Shown here piece by piece: positions 37,095 to 46,919 of a DNA stretch of 57,879 nucleotides. Both the position numbers and the translations under genes were made by a program. Below the pieces are notes generated by a model, which was not told where the DNA came from, ran no database searches, and worked only from the letters and a program-made list of their open reading frames with translations. Within the stretch, counting starts at the first letter, position 1. Each line of letters opens with the position of its first letter. The DNA comes from a virus (taxonomy: Duplodnaviria > Caudoviricetes). The stretch is taken from IMG/VR virus record IMGVR_UViG_3300028571_002227, positions 1-57,879 of that record. The stretch is one strand, 5' to 3'.

Positions 37095-37637
37095 ATGAAT
37101 ATAGTTGAACCAATTCGTGACAAAAAAATCATTAAACAAGTAGAGAAAATTTTACAAGCAAGTAGCAATCGCAACTTGCTTATGTTTGTAATGGGTACAA
37201 ATAGTGGATTAAGGATTTCTGATATTTTAGGGCTAAATATCAAGGATGTTCGAAATAAAACACATATTGCCGTTGTAGAAAAGAAAACAGGAAAACACAA
37301 AAAATTCCCAATGAATGTTAAATTAAAAGCAATGATTGATGAGTTTATAGAAGGTAAACCTAGCGAGGAGCCACTTTTTAAAACAAGATTCAATGGAAGA
37401 CTAGATAGATTTCAAGCATACAAAATTATAAATAAGGCCTGTCGTGAAGCAGGTTTAGATTGCAAAATCGGTACTCATTCTTTGCGGAAAAGTTTTGGAT
37501 ATCATCATTATCAGCAATTTAAAGATGTTGTTATTCTTCAAAAAATATTCAATCATTCATCTCCAAGTACAACATTAAGATACATCGGAATCGAACAAGA
37601 AGAAATTGATGAAAGTTACAATAACTTTGTTCTATAA
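37095..37637 (+). CDS. Small tyrosine recombinase (catalytic domain only)
   Basis: SGLRISD (R), EKKTGK (K), HSLRK (H-x-x-R), FNHSS (H), TLRYIG (Y): all catalytic residues present. Confidence 0.93.
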   Translation: MNIVEPIRDKKIIKQVEKILQASSNRNLLMFVMGTNSGLRISDILGLNIKDVRNKTHIAVVEKKTGKHKKFPMNVKLKAMIDEFIEGKPSEEPLFKTRFNGRLDRFQAYKIINKACREAGLDCKIGTHSLRKSFGYHHYQQFKDVVILQKIFNHSSPSTTLRYIGIEQEEIDESYNNFVL

Positions 37638-37686
37638 CTCTTCATCAACAAAGGTTTTAAAAGTTTAAGACAACTTAATATTAAGT

Positions 37687-37957
37687 ACACATAATAAACC
37701 TTGTGTGGTATTAAAAATAAAACCCTTATTTCTTTACCATTTAGGGGTCTTTATTTTAATGAATTTATATCTAATACAACATAAATTATAAAAATACATT
37801 TTAAAAAATGTTAAAAAACTTGATACAAATTGTTATGGTAACTGTGTTTGTGGTATTGTTTCATTGACGGGAACGGAATTCACCACACAAGGTTTATTGT
37901 GTTTGTGTTAAAATGGCTATAAAAATAGTGGGAACGTCACATAAGGTTTATTATGTG
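37687..37957. promoter_or_regulatory. Three tyrosine-recombinase core sites defining a probable invertible switch
   Basis: CACATAA-TAAACC-TTGTGTG (37688-37707, inverted); CACACAA-GGTTTA-TTGTGT (37884-37902); CACATAA-GGTTTA-TTATGTG (37938-37957). Confidence 0.72.
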
Positions 37958-37980
37958 GTGTAAATGGAGTAATGTGAAAG

Positions 37981-39114
37981 ATGGAATCAATGCAAAAGGC
38001 TGTAGGAAATGAAAAAACTTATATTACACGGCCATTATTGCCTTCGATTGATTCTTTAATTATCCAATTAGAAGAGATTTGGGATTCTAAATGGTTGACT
38101 AATATGGGGGAAAAGCATAACCTTTTGGGTTCTCGATTAAAAGATTTTTTAAAAGTCAAAAATTTATCCCTTTTCAATAATGGCACAATTGCTCTTTTAA
38201 CGGCTTTAAAAGCACTAGAGTTGCCATATGGTAGTGAAGTAATTACGACGCCTTTTACATTTGCTGCTACACCTCACTGTATATCATGGAACGGATTAAA
38301 ACCAGTATTTTGTGATATTGAACCTAATACAATGACAATTGATGCAAATAAAATTGAATCGTTGATTACTCCTGAGACATCCGCAATATTAGCAGTTCAT
38401 GTTTATGGTTTTCCTTGTGACGTTGAAAAAATCGAAGAGATAGCCCAACGATATAATTTAAAAGTAATTTATGATGGTGCACACGTTTTTTCTACAGAAA
38501 TTAATGGAAAAGGAATTGGTGAATTTGGTGACATAACGATGTTTTCATTCCATGCAACAAAATTATTTAACACAATAGAAGGTGGATGTTTGACATATAA
38601 TGATGAGAAATTATACAAAAAAATATATAATTTGCGCAACTTTGGGATTCAATCTGAAGAATTAGTTGAGAATGTCGGTATAAATGGCAAGATGAACGAA
38701 ATTCAAGCCGCTGTTGGGCTCCTGAATTTAGAACTTGTTGCGAGTGAAAAACAAAAAAGAGCTCAAATAAACTCTTTTTACGATAAAAACATTTCAAAAA
38801 TTGATGGGATATTTATTCCCCAAATGCCTTCTAACACTACAAACTCATATCAATATTATCCAATTATCATTAATGATAATTATCCTATTTCTCGTAATGA
38901 ATTACATGATAAATTTAAGTCTAAAAATATTATGACACGTAAATATTTTTATCCATTATGTTCTGATTATGAGTGTTATAGAGACTTAAAATCATCCTCA
39001 ATAGAAAATTTACCAATTGCAAACGACATAAAAAATAGAGTTCTTTGTCTTCCTTTTTATGGGGACTTGCATAAAGAGGTTCTTGTAAAAATTTGTGAGG
39101 TGTTAAGTGAGTAA
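37981..39114 (+). CDS. vioA: DegT/DnrJ family sugar aminotransferase (VioA-like)
   Basis: YITRPLLP...IWDSKWLTN, TPFTF, DGAH, SFHATK (PLP Lys), NGKMNE. Confidence 0.85.
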   Translation: MESMQKAVGNEKTYITRPLLPSIDSLIIQLEEIWDSKWLTNMGEKHNLLGSRLKDFLKVKNLSLFNNGTIALLTALKALELPYGSEVITTPFTFAATPHCISWNGLKPVFCDIEPNTMTIDANKIESLITPETSAILAVHVYGFPCDVEKIEEIAQRYNLKVIYDGAHVFSTEINGKGIGEFGDITMFSFHATKLFNTIEGGCLTYNDEKLYKKIYNLRNFGIQSEELVENVGINGKMNEIQAAVGLLNLELVASEKQKRAQINSFYDKNISKIDGIFIPQMPSNTTNSYQYYPIIINDNYPISRNELHDKFKSKNIMTRKYFYPLCSDYECYRDLKSSSIENLPIANDIKNRVLCLPFYGDLHKEVLVKICEVLSE

Positions 39115-40285
39115 ATTTAAGAATGTTTACCAGGGAATTTTTTCTATCAAAAACAATAACGACCGAAAAGTTATAACTTTTCTAGGCATAAAATTAAAGT
39201 TGAAAAATAAAAAATATTATGCAGAAACCAAAGAAGCAATAAAAATTCAAGATGATTATAATTTGCTGAAATTAATCAATGCAGAAAAAATTATTCTATT
39301 TTTTATCCCATATAAGTTTAAAATGTGTGGCGGAATAATGTCAATTTTTTCGTTATGTGAATATTCTCGTCATATAAATAATGATAGTTTTTGTTTAATC
39401 GCAACATATCCAGGTAAATTAACATATGCAAAAAATGAAGAATTTAATAATTCAGAACAAATTTATCGTTGGGAGCAAATAGTAAAAAATGCAAAAAACG
39501 TAAAAGAATTGATGATTCACATTCCTGAATATTATGCAAAAGACTTTTATTCTGATTTAAGTAAAGATGAAATTAAATTTTTAAAGTCAATTGAGTCCTT
39601 GCATATTAACATAATGAATCAAAATATTGAATTAATGCCAAAGCCGGAGAATTTAAAAGAGTTATATAAATTGACATCTAATATAACTCAAACTATTGCC
39701 CATGATAGATATGCCACTCAAGAAATTTGTAATAAATGGCAAATGCCTACGCATTTATTTTCAGTGCATATCGATTGTTCAAAATATAAATCTTATGAAT
39801 TTGATAAAAAAGAAAAAATAATTGTTTTATCCCCTGATGAAAACGAGAATAAATCTACAATTGTTGATAAATTAAAAAGGGAACTACCTGATTTTAAATT
39901 AATAACAGTTGAAAGTATGAGATTTGGCGACTATATGGATTTAATTGCGAGAGCTTATTTTACAATAACCTTCGGTGAAGGTATGGACGGTTATTTTTCT
40001 CAACCTTGTTATGTCAATAGCTTAGGTTTTGCAGTATACAATGATAAGTTTTTCCCAGACAGCTCTTGGATGGAACTAAAAAACGTATATTCCAGCTATG
40101 AAGAGATGGTTTTCAACATCATCTCAGACATGGAATGTCTATCGAAAAATGAAATAGACTACACAAATGCAATTATTAAAACAAAAGAAAAGCACAGCAA
40201 GTTATATCAATTAGATCAATTTGAAAATAATTTAAAGAAATTTTACGAATATAATTATGACTTTTATCCACAGAAGAAGGTATAA
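39107..40285 (+). CDS. Putative glycosyltransferase-like protein
   Basis: MCGGIMSIF and ITFGEGMDGY motifs, GT-B-like layout; paralog of 43841-45031. Confidence 0.55.
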   Translation: MSKFKNVYQGIFSIKNNNDRKVITFLGIKLKLKNKKYYAETKEAIKIQDDYNLLKLINAEKIILFFIPYKFKMCGGIMSIFSLCEYSRHINNDSFCLIATYPGKLTYAKNEEFNNSEQIYRWEQIVKNAKNVKELMIHIPEYYAKDFYSDLSKDEIKFLKSIESLHINIMNQNIELMPKPENLKELYKLTSNITQTIAHDRYATQEICNKWQMPTHLFSVHIDCSKYKSYEFDKKEKIIVLSPDENENKSTIVDKLKRELPDFKLITVESMRFGDYMDLIARAYFTITFGEGMDGYFSQPCYVNSLGFAVYNDKFFPDSSWMELKNVYSSYEEMVFNIISDMECLSKNEIDYTNAIIKTKEKHSKLYQLDQFENNLKKFYEYNYDFYPQKKV

Positions 40286-40960
40286 ATGAAAACAAATAAA
40301 TCTACTATTATATATGGTAATGGCTCGATGGCCAAAGTTTTATATTCATACATGAAACATGATTATAACATTGTAGGTTTCTGCGTAGATAAATGCTGCA
40401 TAAAAGATGATAAATTTATGGGGTTACCGTTAGTTGCTTTTGAAGAGGTCGAAAAAACTTTTTTGCCGAAAGATTGTCAAATGATTAATTCTATTGGGTT
40501 TGTTCAAATGAATGAACTTCGAAAAAACCGTTCTTTGGTGGCCAAAAGCAAAGGCTATGAATTAATTAGCTATATTGATAAATCAGTTAAGTTACATGAT
40601 GATGTAGAAGTAGGGGAGAATTGTATTATTTTAGATCTTGTATCAATTCATCCGGGCACAAAAATAAATGCAGGAACATTTATTTCTTCTAACGTAAGCA
40701 TTGGACATGATTGCAATATCGGGGAGTATAATTGGATAAACTCAGGAGTTTCTATTGCCGGATATGCTGATATTGGAGAATGCGGTTTTTGGGGAGTTAA
40801 TTCATCTTGTGGTAATAATGTGAAGATTGGCTCTCATAATTATATAAGTGCCAATACTTTTATCAGTAGAAAGACTAATGATAATGAAGTATATTTAACC
40901 CCTAATGGAGAATTATTCAAGTTATCAAGCACAAATTTTTTAAAATTTATAGGAGCATAA
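40286..40960 (+). CDS. Sugar N/O-acyltransferase (NeuD/PglD/VioB-like hexapeptide repeat)
   Basis: IIYGNG Rossmann start; left-handed beta-helix repeats with IGHD. Confidence 0.85.
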   Translation: MKTNKSTIIYGNGSMAKVLYSYMKHDYNIVGFCVDKCCIKDDKFMGLPLVAFEEVEKTFLPKDCQMINSIGFVQMNELRKNRSLVAKSKGYELISYIDKSVKLHDDVEVGENCIILDLVSIHPGTKINAGTFISSNVSIGHDCNIGEYNWINSGVSIAGYADIGECGFWGVNSSCGNNVKIGSHNYISANTFISRKTNDNEVYLTPNGELFKLSSTNFLKFIGA

Positions 40961-40961
40961 A

Positions 40962-42431
40962 ATGTCTAGAATTATCGACTTATTTTATAAAAATGTAGAT
41001 AAAAGCCCAAACAAGATTGCAATTATTTGTGAGGATTCCACTTACACATATAAACAATTGGAGCTGTTAACCAATCAACTATCAAATATATTGAAAAATA
41101 ATGGAGTAAATTATGGCGATAATTTAGGCGTTTTATTGCCTAACAATATCGAATTTGTTGCGCTAATTTTAGCAGCTTCAAATTTGGGAATAGCAATTAC
41201 ACCATTAAATCCGACTCTGCCCAGTAATGCAATAAATCAAGCTTTCGAATCTGCCGATGTTAGGCATATCGTCAGTACAAAGGCAATAGTATCGGATATC
41301 AAACTCGAAATTTCGGGTTATAAATTAATTTTAGAAGAGGGAATTTTAAAAAATATTTCATCCGATAGGATTGATAATAATCAAGTAACAGGTGAAGAAG
41401 CTCTAATTTTCACAATGACATCCGGTTCCACAGGTAACCCTAAGCCGATAGTTCTTTCACAGAAAAACAAGATAGATAGAGCATTTGCAGCCATTGAACT
41501 TTATAGCGTTACCGAAAATGATAATATTCTTGCCGCAACACCTCTTTATCATTCTTTGGCTGAAAGACTAGTGATAATGCCACTCATTCTGGGGGCAACA
41601 TCCATATTAATGCCAAGATTTTCGCCATCTATTTGGCTTAAAGCAATAAAGGAAAAATCTATTACGTTCACAATCGCAGTTTCTTCTCAATTGAGACAAA
41701 TTGCAGAAGTCCTCACCAGTCCTTATGTGCCAGAAATAACAACATTAAGATGTGTAGTTTCGTCTTCAGCACTTTTAGAGCCGCATACGAAAAAGGAACT
41801 TGTAAATAAATTACATTGTGATTTTCATGAATGTTACGGAACCTCGGAAATTGCAATAGCTACAAATTTAAATATTATCGATTCAAAAGAGAAAATGAAG
41901 TCTGTTGGTCGTGCAATAAAAAATGTTGATGTAAAAATTCTGCTTGGCGATAACACTTTTGCCGGAGTTGATGAAATAGGAGAGATAATTTGTAATACCC
42001 CAATGCTCTTTATGGGGTATTATAAACAGCCGAAGATGACCGAAGATGCAATGTTTGGGGAGTATTTCAGAACTGGAGATTTAGGCAAAATTGACGAAGA
42101 TGGATTCCTTTATTTTGTAGATAGACAAAAAGATTTGATAATTTCAGGGGGGATAAATGTTTACCCAAATGATGTTGAAGAGGTTGTATCTAAATTTGAG
42201 AATGTGGTTGAATGTGCAGCATTTCCGTATCCTGATGAAAACTTAGGCGAAGTAGTTGCCCTTGCAATAGTGGTAGATAATGAATTCGATTTGAGAAAAT
42301 TCAAATTCCATTGTGCAAAAAATCTTGCTGACTTCCAATTACCCAGAAAATATTTTGTCCTAGATTGTTTACCAAGAAACAATATGGGTAAATTAGTAAA
42401 ACATAAATTAGTAGAATTACTTATAGAATAG
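40962..42431 (+). CDS. AMP-dependent acyl-CoA/acyl-ACP ligase
   Basis: TSGSTGNPK, YGTSE, FRTGD, DRQKD..ISGG.NVYP, GK. Confidence 0.92.
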   Translation: MSRIIDLFYKNVDKSPNKIAIICEDSTYTYKQLELLTNQLSNILKNNGVNYGDNLGVLLPNNIEFVALILAASNLGIAITPLNPTLPSNAINQAFESADVRHIVSTKAIVSDIKLEISGYKLILEEGILKNISSDRIDNNQVTGEEALIFTMTSGSTGNPKPIVLSQKNKIDRAFAAIELYSVTENDNILAATPLYHSLAERLVIMPLILGATSILMPRFSPSIWLKAIKEKSITFTIAVSSQLRQIAEVLTSPYVPEITTLRCVVSSSALLEPHTKKELVNKLHCDFHECYGTSEIAIATNLNIIDSKEKMKSVGRAIKNVDVKILLGDNTFAGVDEIGEIICNTPMLFMGYYKQPKMTEDAMFGEYFRTGDLGKIDEDGFLYFVDRQKDLIISGGINVYPNDVEEVVSKFENVVECAAFPYPDENLGEVVALAIVVDNEFDLRKFKFHCAKNLADFQLPRKYFVLDCLPRNNMGKLVKHKLVELLIE

Positions 42432-42439
42432 AGGAAACG

Positions 42440-43597
42440 ATGAAGTTCAAAAAATTAAAGATAGGTTTCATAGGTGGAGCAATATCCTCAGCTGTTGGGT
42501 ACGCACATTTTTCGGCGTGTAAAATGGACAATCGATTTGAGCTTGTAGCAGGTTGTTTTAGCAGAAATGAATCAATTTGCCAAGAAACAGCTGACATATA
42601 TGGAGTTTCGCAAGATAGAACTTACACCGATTGGCGGGAAATGATTAAAAATGAAAAAGGCAAAATAGATGCACTTTCCATTTTAACCCCAACGCCTTGC
42701 CATTATGAAATGGTTGTAGAATGTATAAAGGCAGGAATTCCCATTATCTGTGAAAAAACTTTAGCTATGAATAGTCAAGAAGCAATAGAAATCTCAAAAA
42801 TGGTTAAAGAAAATAATGGTTTTTTGACAGTAACATATAATTATACAGGTTATCCAATGATACGAGAGCTAAGAAAATTAATCAATGACGATAAATTGGG
42901 CAATATACTGCACTTTCAAGCAAAAATGCCGCAAGAAGGATTTATTAGAGTAAATAAAAATGGACAGAAGCCTAATCCCCAGCAGTGGCGATTAGAAGAT
43001 AAAACAATTCCTACAATCCATCTCGATTTATGTGCACATCTGCATGAAATCATATATTACTTAATAAACAAAAATCCTGAATCCGTTGTCTGTGACCAGG
43101 CAAGCGACGGTTGGTTTGAAAACATTATCGACAATGTATCTTGTTTATGTAGATATGACAAAAACATTCAGGGGCAATTCTGGTTTTCTAAATCAGCATT
43201 AGGTCATAGAAATGGTTTAGAAATAAATATATTTGGAACAAAAGGTGCTGCAAAGTGGGTTCAAATAAATCCTGAAGAACTTGAATTATCATTTGCTGAC
43301 GGAACAAGACAAATCTTAGACAGGGCTTCTGATGTTGAAGTTGCAGATCAACCAAGGTATACAAGGTTTAAAGCAGGACATCCTGTCGGTTTTATCGAGG
43401 CATTTGCCAATGTATATTGTGATATTCATAAAGCATTAATTGAGTACCAGGAAACTGGCAAATGGCAGTCAAGTGAAATTTTCAGTTCGGACTTTGCATT
43501 AGAAGGGTTATTGTTTCTTGAAGCAATGGTTGAATCTTCTAAAACAAAATCTTGGATAAATATAATGGGAAGTAATGTTAAAGCAGGAGTAATTTAA
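42440..43597 (+). CDS. Gfo/Idh/MocA family oxidoreductase
   Basis: IGFIGG, LTP...H, ICEK, YNYTGYPM, GHP.GFIEAFANVY. Confidence 0.9.
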   Translation: MKFKKLKIGFIGGAISSAVGYAHFSACKMDNRFELVAGCFSRNESICQETADIYGVSQDRTYTDWREMIKNEKGKIDALSILTPTPCHYEMVVECIKAGIPIICEKTLAMNSQEAIEISKMVKENNGFLTVTYNYTGYPMIRELRKLINDDKLGNILHFQAKMPQEGFIRVNKNGQKPNPQQWRLEDKTIPTIHLDLCAHLHEIIYYLINKNPESVVCDQASDGWFENIIDNVSCLCRYDKNIQGQFWFSKSALGHRNGLEINIFGTKGAAKWVQINPEELELSFADGTRQILDRASDVEVADQPRYTRFKAGHPVGFIEAFANVYCDIHKALIEYQETGKWQSSEIFSSDFALEGLLFLEAMVESSKTKSWINIMGSNVKAGVI

Positions 43598-43598
43598 A

Positions 43599-43841
43599 AT
43601 GTGTGAAGAAATAAAAAAATTTATCGTAAACTATATTGAAAAAAAAGGAAACTTACCAAAGAATGTTGATTTGGATAATTTTAACTACATAGAATCCGGA
43701 TATATAGATTCTATGGGGATAATTAAATTTGTTGTTGAATTAGAGAGCAAATTTAATGTTCAAATAACCGATGAAGAAATGATTTCATCAAGTTTTAAAA
43801 CAATTGGCGGCTTAGTAAGTCTAATAGAAAAGAAATTATAA
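43599..43841 (+). CDS. Acyl carrier protein
   Basis: GYIDSMG phosphopantetheine motif; 80 aa. Confidence 0.9.
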   Translation: MCEEIKKFIVNYIEKKGNLPKNVDLDNFNYIESGYIDSMGIIKFVVELESKFNVQITDEEMISSSFKTIGGLVSLIEKKL

Positions 43842-45031
43842 TGGACATAAGTAGATTTTATACGAGAATAATAAATGCTCTAACCTTCTGGATTATGCCG
43901 GCAAGGTTAAGAAGATTGATAAGAAATACTCTTTGTGGAAGAACCAATATTTCACTAAAAAAAGTGCAAAATCATCTTATCAATTATGAAGATTTAAAAG
44001 CTACACAATTGATAGTAATGTTAATTCCAGAACACAACTGTATGTCGGGAGGAATTTATTCGATGTTTTCAATTGCGAACAATTCTGAAAGGTATACACA
44101 TATTCATAATTCTAATATTGTGCTAATGACTCGCCCCAATATAAAAAAAGAAACTTATATAAGGCAAACAAATTTTAAAAATCATAATATAATATACCGT
44201 TTTGAACAGATTTTAGCTTTTGAAAATTTGGATAAATTGATTATTCACATTCCTGAAGAATCAGCTAAAACTTTTTATTCTCTATTATCAACTAAGGTAA
44301 AAGCTCATTTAGGTCAAATTAATCATGTTCAAATCAACATTATGAATCAGAATATTGATTTGATGCCTCCCAAAGAGGACTATATAGATTTATATGAAAT
44401 TACAAATAATATTACTCAGACAGTTGCCCATCATAGTTATTGTTCACAAGAACACGCTAACAAGTCTGATTTATCAACATTGTTAATCCCTCCATATACG
44501 GATCTAAGTAAATACCCTAAAAGAGAATTCAACAAAAAGAATAAAATGGTTCTATATTCGTTAGATGTTAATGAATATAAAGATAAAATTTTAAATAAAA
44601 TAAGAGAAGAACTACCAGAATATGAACTTCTTGAAATAAAAGACATTACTTTTGACAAGTATATGTCTTTGGTAACCGATTCAAAATTCATGATAACATT
44701 CGGCGAAGGCTTTGATGGATATCTTGCACAATCAATGCTCCAAGGGGGGATTGGATTTGCGGTTTATAATGAAGGTTTTTTCCCACAGGAATTTGATAAT
44801 TCAAAACCTAATATTTTTAGTAGTTACGAGGATATGTATGAAAATATCGTGAATCGAATAAAGCTTTTTGAAAAAGATTCAGCGATATATAAATCGACCA
44901 ATGATTATTTCGTCGATTTGCAAAATAAATTATACAATTTTGAAGATTATTTAAATTGTATAAAGAGGTTTTATGAACAAGATTTTGATTATTATTCACA
45001 AAATACTAAAAAAATAATGCAAGGAGTGTAA
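43841..45031 (+). CDS. Putative glycosyltransferase-like protein, paralog 2
   Basis: MSGGIYSMF, INIMNQNI.LMP, ITFGEGFDGY shared with 39107-40285. Confidence 0.55.
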   Translation: MDISRFYTRIINALTFWIMPARLRRLIRNTLCGRTNISLKKVQNHLINYEDLKATQLIVMLIPEHNCMSGGIYSMFSIANNSERYTHIHNSNIVLMTRPNIKKETYIRQTNFKNHNIIYRFEQILAFENLDKLIIHIPEESAKTFYSLLSTKVKAHLGQINHVQINIMNQNIDLMPPKEDYIDLYEITNNITQTVAHHSYCSQEHANKSDLSTLLIPPYTDLSKYPKREFNKKNKMVLYSLDVNEYKDKILNKIREELPEYELLEIKDITFDKYMSLVTDSKFMITFGEGFDGYLAQSMLQGGIGFAVYNEGFFPQEFDNSKPNIFSSYEDMYENIVNRIKLFEKDSAIYKSTNDYFVDLQNKLYNFEDYLNCIKRFYEQDFDYYSQNTKKIMQGV

Positions 45032-45766
45032 TGGGAATACAATTTATACAAAATCTGATTGATATAATAAGAAAAAAAGATAAGAGGCAGAATTACTTAA
45101 TTTATATTGATGAAAAAGGTGAAGAACATTTTAATCCTCAAGTTAAAGGCTTAAAGGTTCTATTTTTAGGTGAGCAATCATTGGTTAAGGTGTATACTAA
45201 AAAGTTTAATAACTGTAAAATCGTCTGTACATCTAATAATTATGTAGAAATAAAACAAACCAAACATTGTATTAATAATCTAATAACCCCTATACCTATG
45301 AGTAAACATTCTAAACTTTTTATTGATGAAGACTTATTCTGTGCGAGTATAAAAATATTTCTTTGTGACGAAGAGAACAAAACAATTACTATAGGGAAAG
45401 ACTGTATGTTCTCTTTTGATGTCGTATTATGGGCAAGTGACGGACATTCGATTTATGATACTAATTCATTAAAAATATTAAATAAACCCTTGTTCGGAAT
45501 AACTATAGGTAATCATTGCTGGATAAGTCGAAATGTTTCGATATTAAAAGATGTTTCAGTACCAGATAATGTAATAATTGGTTGTGGAAGCATAGTTACT
45601 AATTCAACAAAAAAGCTGGAAAACACTGTTATGGGGGGGGGTTCCAGCTAAAATAATTAAAAGAAATACAAATTGGTCTCGTAAAAATACTGATTCGTAT
45701 GCGGATATTTTTCAAAATGATATTGCAACACAGGATTTTTGTCAAGACAAAATGAGTTTATATTAG
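45031..45766 (+). pseudogene. Hexapeptide acyltransferase frameshifted at a G9 tract (possible phase variation)
   Basis: ORF stops at 45651 after G9 (45633-45641); G8 restores MGGVPAKIIKRNTNWSR... to stop at 45766. Confidence 0.75.
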
Positions 45767-45780
45767 AGGAAAGGGATATT

Positions 45781-46899
45781 ATGAATAAGAATATGAAAAA
45801 ATTATTACAAGTTTTATTTTCGGTAACAAATAAAGGACCCCATAAGGTATTCACAATATTAGGATTTAAACTAAAACTAAAACTAAAACTAAAATTGAAT
45901 CCAATAGAATCTCAAATTAAAAAATTAGAAACGGTTGACGAAAATTGTTGGGATAAGTATTTAATCGATACTCAAAAAGAACTATTATTTTATGATAGAA
46001 ATCTTGATGATGTTAAAAAAAAGGATTTATTCAAAAAATATGTTACCGCAATAAACCTCGAAACCAGTAGCTTTTGTAATAGGAAATGTAATTATTGTCC
46101 TTGTGCTCAAATTGACAGAGGCGGACAAAAATTAATGGAAGATTCTTTATTTTCTAACATAATAGATGATTTAGCCAGTATAAATTATTCAATGGTTATA
46201 AGCTTAAATTTATATAACGAACCATTGGCGGACAAAAAAATATTGGAACGTATTAAAGAAATAAGAAAAAAATGCCCCAATAGCGTAATAAAATTTAATT
46301 CCAATGGTGATTATTTAACAACGAAATATTTAGACGAGTTAGAAGCTGCAGGATTGAATGCTCTTTTTATAACAATGCAAGTTGATTCAAATCATCAATA
46401 TAATGATGATATACAAATGAACAAACTTAAAAAGTTCTTTGAAAAATTAAAGCTCGAATTCAAAATGGATGTTTTTATTCCAAACGAAAAAATTGAATCA
46501 AGCCTCTATTATAAAAGGTTACAACTCCTTATAATGTCTAACAATTGGGATGAATTTGGTAATGATAGAGGCGGTACTGTGGAGAATTTAAGTATTTCTA
46601 ACAGAACGGAGCCTTGTTTAAGAGGGATTAGGGAATTTACAATTGATTATCAAGGGAATTGTTTTTTCTGTTGTCAAATATATCCTCTTTCGCATGATGC
46701 AGAAAAATATAAACTTGGGAATCTTGTGGAAAATTCTATGTTTGAAATATATTGTACTCAATTCGCAACAAATTTAAGGCGGAATCTTTTTACTTTTTCT
46801 TCCAAAGTCGAACCTTGTTCAAGCTGTGCGGATGAAAGTTTTGCGAAAATCGAAACAAAAGAAATTCGTGAAAAAATAATTATTACTTCAAACAATTAA
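45781..46899 (+). CDS. Radical SAM/SPASM-twitch domain protein
   Basis: CNRKCNYC, YNEPL, NSNG; C-terminal C...CC...CSSC; (AAACTA)4 repeat at 45868-45891. Confidence 0.88.
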   Translation: MNKNMKKLLQVLFSVTNKGPHKVFTILGFKLKLKLKLKLNPIESQIKKLETVDENCWDKYLIDTQKELLFYDRNLDDVKKKDLFKKYVTAINLETSSFCNRKCNYCPCAQIDRGGQKLMEDSLFSNIIDDLASINYSMVISLNLYNEPLADKKILERIKEIRKKCPNSVIKFNSNGDYLTTKYLDELEAAGLNALFITMQVDSNHQYNDDIQMNKLKKFFEKLKLEFKMDVFIPNEKIESSLYYKRLQLLIMSNNWDEFGNDRGGTVENLSISNRTEPCLRGIREFTIDYQGNCFFCCQIYPLSHDAEKYKLGNLVENSMFEIYCTQFATNLRRNLFTFSSKVEPCSSCADESFAKIETKEIREKIIITSNN

Positions 46900-46919
46900 A
46901 AGAAAGGACATTTATAATT

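Noticed and set aside
37763-37798. Phage right end at ...AAAATACA (reverse complement TGTATTTT, like the left end)
   Set aside because: Only 8 AT-rich bases match, with no internal 20-bp binding motif and no target duplication
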